Positions 60,030-64,000 of a stretch of DNA of 64,000 nt are shown piece after piece. The stretch spans positions 3,472,001 through 3,536,000 of the forward strand of contig CM030333.1 of assembly GCA_017654855.1 (NCBI GenBank). Reading direction: 5' to 3'. The translations under genes were made by a program, and so were the position numbers. This DNA comes from Podospora anserina. Taxonomy: Eukaryota. The notes beneath the pieces were generated by a model that saw nothing but the letters and a program-made list of their open reading frames with translations, did not search any database and had not been told where the DNA came from. How positions within the stretch are numbered: the first letter of the stretch is position 1; every line of letters starts with the position of its first letter.

Positions 60030-60430
60030 CATTTTTATTTGTATCTACATGCTTGATACTAAAACTTGTGTCTTACCTTATCACCATGGCCCTCTTTGAT
60101 GCCTTACAGTAGAGACCGAAATATGCATTCAAAGGCTTGAAAGAGACGAGGTACACCTTTTAACTTTTTTAAATATATTTCACCTGTCCTAAATTATCGT
60201 TGGATCCGCCTGAACTATCCTTTTACCCCCCTAACTATATTTAAACCATTTCACTGTCCTTAAACACTTCTTCATTACCTTAATTTAAAACGCTTTTCGA
60301 CTATCTTAGACTACCTCTATACTATCTTGAAGCCCCTTGGAATAAATATGGATTCAAGACCTTTTGGATATCTTTCAAGGTTCATTTACCATATTCAGAG
60401 GCCTATTCACTCTCTTCCAAGGCCTCAGTC
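60030..60430. other. AT-rich, TpA-rich tract; possible RIP-degraded repeat relic
   Basis: Abrupt drop in GC with many TA/TAA/CTA words and no credible ORF; element family not identifiable. Confidence 0.35.
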
Positions 60431-61065
60431 CCGAATATCAATCCCCATCTTTCGTTCACGACACATGTACACATGCCCACATCTCGAGATGTGCCTTGGT
60501 GCCTAAATCTCAACTCCCTAAAGACCTCTATCCACCTAAACCACCATCAAATAGTTGAATGTATTAAAACACAATAAATGCAATCAGAGTAATACTTGAC
60601 ATTCAAACTGGCCTCCAAGGATCAAGTCACTTCTTATCCCCTGCATCAAGCGAAGCCTAAGTTCTTCTTTCGCTGCCTTGTCAGGAGATACCCACTCCAT
60701 CCAGTTCTAAACACCAGCCGTCATCTACAATCAAACAGTCACGAGTCCAAATCGAAGCTGATGTAAAAGAAAACAAAAGCCGCAGGGCCATTGTTGATTA
60801 AAAATGTGCCTTGAAGCAGCAAGGAAACAAAAAGCCCAGCTACACAAAAATCCCATCTTGGCAGCTCAACCATCTAAACCAGGCCAAATGTTCCCCATAT
60901 CCCACTCTCCGACCCATCTCCCCCATCGAAAGATATTATCTATAAACCCCCAACTCTATCTTCTATTCCCATCACCGCCCTCCCCCCCCCCTCCCAAACA
61001 AAACTCCCTTTCACTCTCCACCGTCTTCTCAAGAGAATATCTCTAGCTCAATACCAGGCCAAAAT

Positions 61066-61498
61066 CTAGCACTGGCCCTCATTGGGGTCGGCGCTATTTT
61101 TCAAAAACCATGTCAGCAAAAAGTGTCGGCACCACCACCAAAGAAAACACTAACCTGTAGTACCAGTTATCAACATTGTTGTAACCCCCCTTGTTCTGAC
61201 CGCACCCGTCAACCTCCCTGCTGAGACGGTGGATGCAGTCGGCGTCGTCCCAGTTGCGGCGCGAGTTGGCCTTGTTCTGGACCCAAAACTCCATCTTTTG
61301 CTTGCCGCCAGAGTTGACGCACAGGAAGATCTTCTCCTGGATGCCAAAGGTGACGGAGAAGCGGCCCTTGGTGCAGGCGTCGGTGATGGCGCGGCGGGCG
61401 GCCGCCTTGTCGTTCCAGGTCACGCCTGAGGTGTGGCAGGTGGCCGAGACGGCGGAGGCGGTGGCCATAATGGCGACGAGGAGGTTGGTGAGCTGCAT
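61066..61498 (-). CDS. 123-aa small secreted protein with 6 Cys; intron 61094-61154
   Basis: Signal peptide MQLTNLLVAIMATASAVSA. A GTTAGT..CTGAC..TAG intron gives the C-terminus GCGQNKGGYNNVDNWYYSADPNEGQC*. Strong codon bias. Confidence 0.88.
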
Positions 61499-62728
61499 TT
61501 TGGTGGTGATGGTTGGGGGCTTGGTTGAGGTAGAGTAGATGGTTGAGGCTGTTGAAGATGGGAGTGTTGATGGTGATGAGGGATATGTGTTGTCTGGAGG
61601 TGGGAGACGGGCGTTCTTATAGATGGCGTGCTCATGCTTTCTGGTGTCTCCTCTTCAACCGTCAACCCCCCCTTCGTGCTGATGGTCACCGTCGAGCATC
61701 CGGCAAAGCGCCTTCATCTCCCCCCTACAGATTGCCTGTCAGACTACCGGTGACCACGAGATGAGCTGGTGGATCCTTTGATCGCCAGCTGTCGGCGTGA
61801 AGCCGTTTACCGCCTCGTGCCAAGGTGATGGTCCAGAACATCCTTCTGAGGGTTTGGTGATTAGAGCCCCCCGGTCGTGAAACATCCCGTCGGTATCTTG
61901 ATGGCAAGGCAAGGATAGACAGTGCCCGATCCCAGCCCTACGTCTCCATCGTGGGGAGGCCCGAACATCATTGGCTGACCCTTGTAAGGTAGATCCGTAG
62001 GATCGGTGTCAGCCGATTGGCATAAATGTGAATTGATGTAGTTCCAGTTGAGCCGGGAGGTGTGAAGGATCTCAGGTGCCGACTACCTAAGGTGGGTAGC
62101 TACACTACTCCATAGCGTTCGCTGTGTGCTTGCTGAAAGATCATGATTGACAACCGGTCTTTGGGCGATCTTGAATCGCTAGTTTGGCACGGAAAAGTTG
62201 CCAAACTACGCTGTCACATCAGGGGAGCGTGTGTTGCAAGAGCCGTTCGTTTCTTCTCGTTCCCAATCGAGAACTCGCCTCCGTGCTCAGGTCACCGCTA
62301 CCCCTTCATCTCTGGCTCTCTCGTCGCCGAACCCTGAAGATAACGTCCCATGATATCTGCCACGTTCGGCTGAAGGATTTCCTATGGCCATAAGCAGCCA
62401 CGGTTCAATAATCCACTCTCATATCCCTGCCTAGCTCAGGCTGCTGTTCTCAGGTACATGACCACAGGTTCCACGGCTGGTCTAAGCTTTGTGCCATCAA
62501 GGTAATCTCGCCAGTGAGCTAAACATTCATAAATCGTTATGGCCTAGAATAGCATAAGTTATGAACGAGCAACACCCTGAGTTCAGGAGGGACATCGCAT
62601 CAAGGCTTCATGCCACATATATGCCCCCTTCATAACATTGAACAATGAATAAATGTTGCGTGATATAGTTATGGTATATTTCGTTATTTCACTCCTTGAA
62701 AACAAGCCATCTCAACATTCCACCAAGG

Positions 62729-64000
62729 TTACACCTCGATCATGTCCACATCCCCCTCCCCATCCTCCTTCACCGCCTTCAGCGACGGCGCCAGGGCATC
62801 CATCTCTCTCAAGGTATACTCCACCAAATAACTCTCATCCACCAGCTCCTCCATCCTCTTGTAATGTCTCTCCGTGTACACCTTTAGCGCATTAAGCACC
62901 TCCTTCAAGCTCTTCTGCCCCCTCGCTCCCTTGACGCTCAAGCCCGAGAACTTATCAGCCGGATAGCTCCTCACCAGCGCGGAGAGAATCCGCTGCGCAA
63001 CAGGTGCCGTGCGCGCGTTTGTGTTCCAGTCTCGTAACCTCAGCAACAAAAGGAACAGCTGCTCATCTGACAAGCTAGCAAGAACCTGGTCGACAGCTCT
63101 CAGCCCGGTGAAGCTACCCGCTTCAGGAGTAGGCGAGGTGACAACGTTGGTGAAAAGCTTGAGCAGGCGGCCTGGGTGGTTGAGCTGGAGAGCCAAGACG
63201 ATGGCGTCTCTGTAGGCACCGATATGGATGTAGTTCTCCAACTCCTGCTCCTGCTCAACAAGCCGGGTGGCGGCTTCGGTGGCGGCGGTCTGGGTCTCGG
63301 ATGTGGTGTCCTTCCAGAAGGTAATCTTGGAGTCGGAGCCAGCCGAGACAATCGTGTTGCTTTTCGGGTGCACGGCCAAGGTCCACAGTCTGTCTTCGTG
63401 GTTGTCAAGGGTGCATTCTGTTTCGCCCGTGTTGGTGTCCCAGATCTTGACGAGACTGTCAGCGCCAGCGGAAGCGAAATGGACATTTTTCCTGCTGGGA
63501 TCCTCCTCGACTGTGGGGATGTGCAACCACACCACTTTCAGAACGTTGTGGGAGTGTCCTTCAAAGGTGCGAAGACACGTGTAGTCGGAAAGATTCCACA
63601 GCTTGATAGTCTTGTCACCACTGCCAGTGACGATGACACCCTTTCCAGAGACAGCACCACCTGTCTCGCCTTGGATGGCTGGAGTATGGAGGGGAGCAAA
63701 CTTGACCGCCCATACACCTCTCTTGTGGCCCTTGAGGATACCCTGCACCTCGAGCCTTTCTGTGTCCCAAATCTTGACCGTCTTGTCCTGTGACGCAGAA
63801 GCGAATAACTTTCCAGATGGGTTGATATCCAGGGCGTTGATGTCTTTCTCGTGCGCCAATCTCCTGAGACTAGTTGTCTCTTTGAACGGTTGTGATGGTC
63901 GGGGAATAAGTCGCTTCTGGACAAATCTGTCCTGAGAACCGGAAATCAGGAATGCTGGAGGGTGGTCGAGAGGGTTCTTGAACGCCTCAGAGTCTTCCGG
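62729..64000 (-). CDS. UTP13: U3 snoRNA-associated protein 13 (3' part; continues beyond the window)
   Basis: WD repeats AHEKDINAL..ASASQDKTVKIW and GHKRGVW; Utp13 C-terminal domain EQEQELEN, RDWNTNART, YTERHYKR. The frame is open to base 64000. Confidence 0.95.
   Translation of the reverse strand, partial: PEDSEAFKNPLDHPPAFLISGSQDRFVQKRLIPRPSQPFKETTSLRRLAHEKDINALDINPSGKLFASASQDKTVKIWDTERLEVQGILKGHKRGVWAVKFAPLHTPAIQGETGGAVSGKGVIVTGSGDKTIKLWNLSDYTCLRTFEGHSHNVLKVVWLHIPTVEEDPSRKNVHFASAGADSLVKIWDTNTGETECTLDNHEDRLWTLAVHPKSNTIVSAGSDSKITFWKDTTSETQTAATEAATRLVEQEQELENYIHIGAYRDAIVLALQLNHPGRLLKLFTNVVTSPTPEAGSFTGLRAVDQVLASLSDEQLFLLLLRLRDWNTNARTAPVAQRILSALVRSYPADKFSGLSVKGARGQKSLKEVLNALKVYTERHYKRMEELVDESYLVEYTLREMDALAPSLKAVKEDGEGDVDMIEV

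Noticed and set aside
61741-61760. GGTGACCAC as the missing 3' part of the split 5S gene
   Set aside because: Only a 9-nt match with non-matching flanks; expected by chance.
12500-62600. Intact Starship, Spok block or other autonomous transposon
   Set aside because: No DUF3435 recombinase, transposase, reverse transcriptase, LTR pair or Spok-like ORF is visible; only possible scars are reported.

Overview
Fungal (filamentous ascomycete) DNA with short GT-AG introns and a dispersed 5S gene; most likely Sordariales, Podospora-like (inferred from gene style, not verified). Conserved genes: Zn2Cys6 transcription factor, cytosolic GH18 ENGase, an 83-aa ORF, YJU2, MET12, class II-like eIF4E, SAD1, GCP5, a GT15 mannosyltransferase, WDR83 and UTP13. 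Two accessory-looking islands interrupt them. Island 1 (~12.5-25.3 kb) holds the best candidate for a new system, a head-to-head pair whose start codons are 258 bp apart. One gene encodes a ~1920-aa receptor-like protein (helical N-terminus, Zn-finger core, ankyrins, duplicated C2H2 modules, ten near-identical 126-bp TPR units with variable positions, no NACHT/NB-ARC). The other encodes a ~570-aa protein with a HeLo-like N-terminal helix and a pseudokinase-like C-terminus, i.e. an MLKL-like layout. Next to the pair are two co-oriented 5S rDNA fragments bracketing a broken F-box-like gene, then a nonsense-disrupted secreted protein. Island 2 (~47.2-62.6 kb) holds a HAD-terpene cyclase fusion (DxDTT), an intact 5S gene, a decayed killer-toxin-type LysM/CBM18/GH18 chitinase, a frameshifted secreted neighbour and an intact small Cys-rich secreted protein. 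Exon joins were read by hand and family calls come from recognised motifs; no database searches were run.
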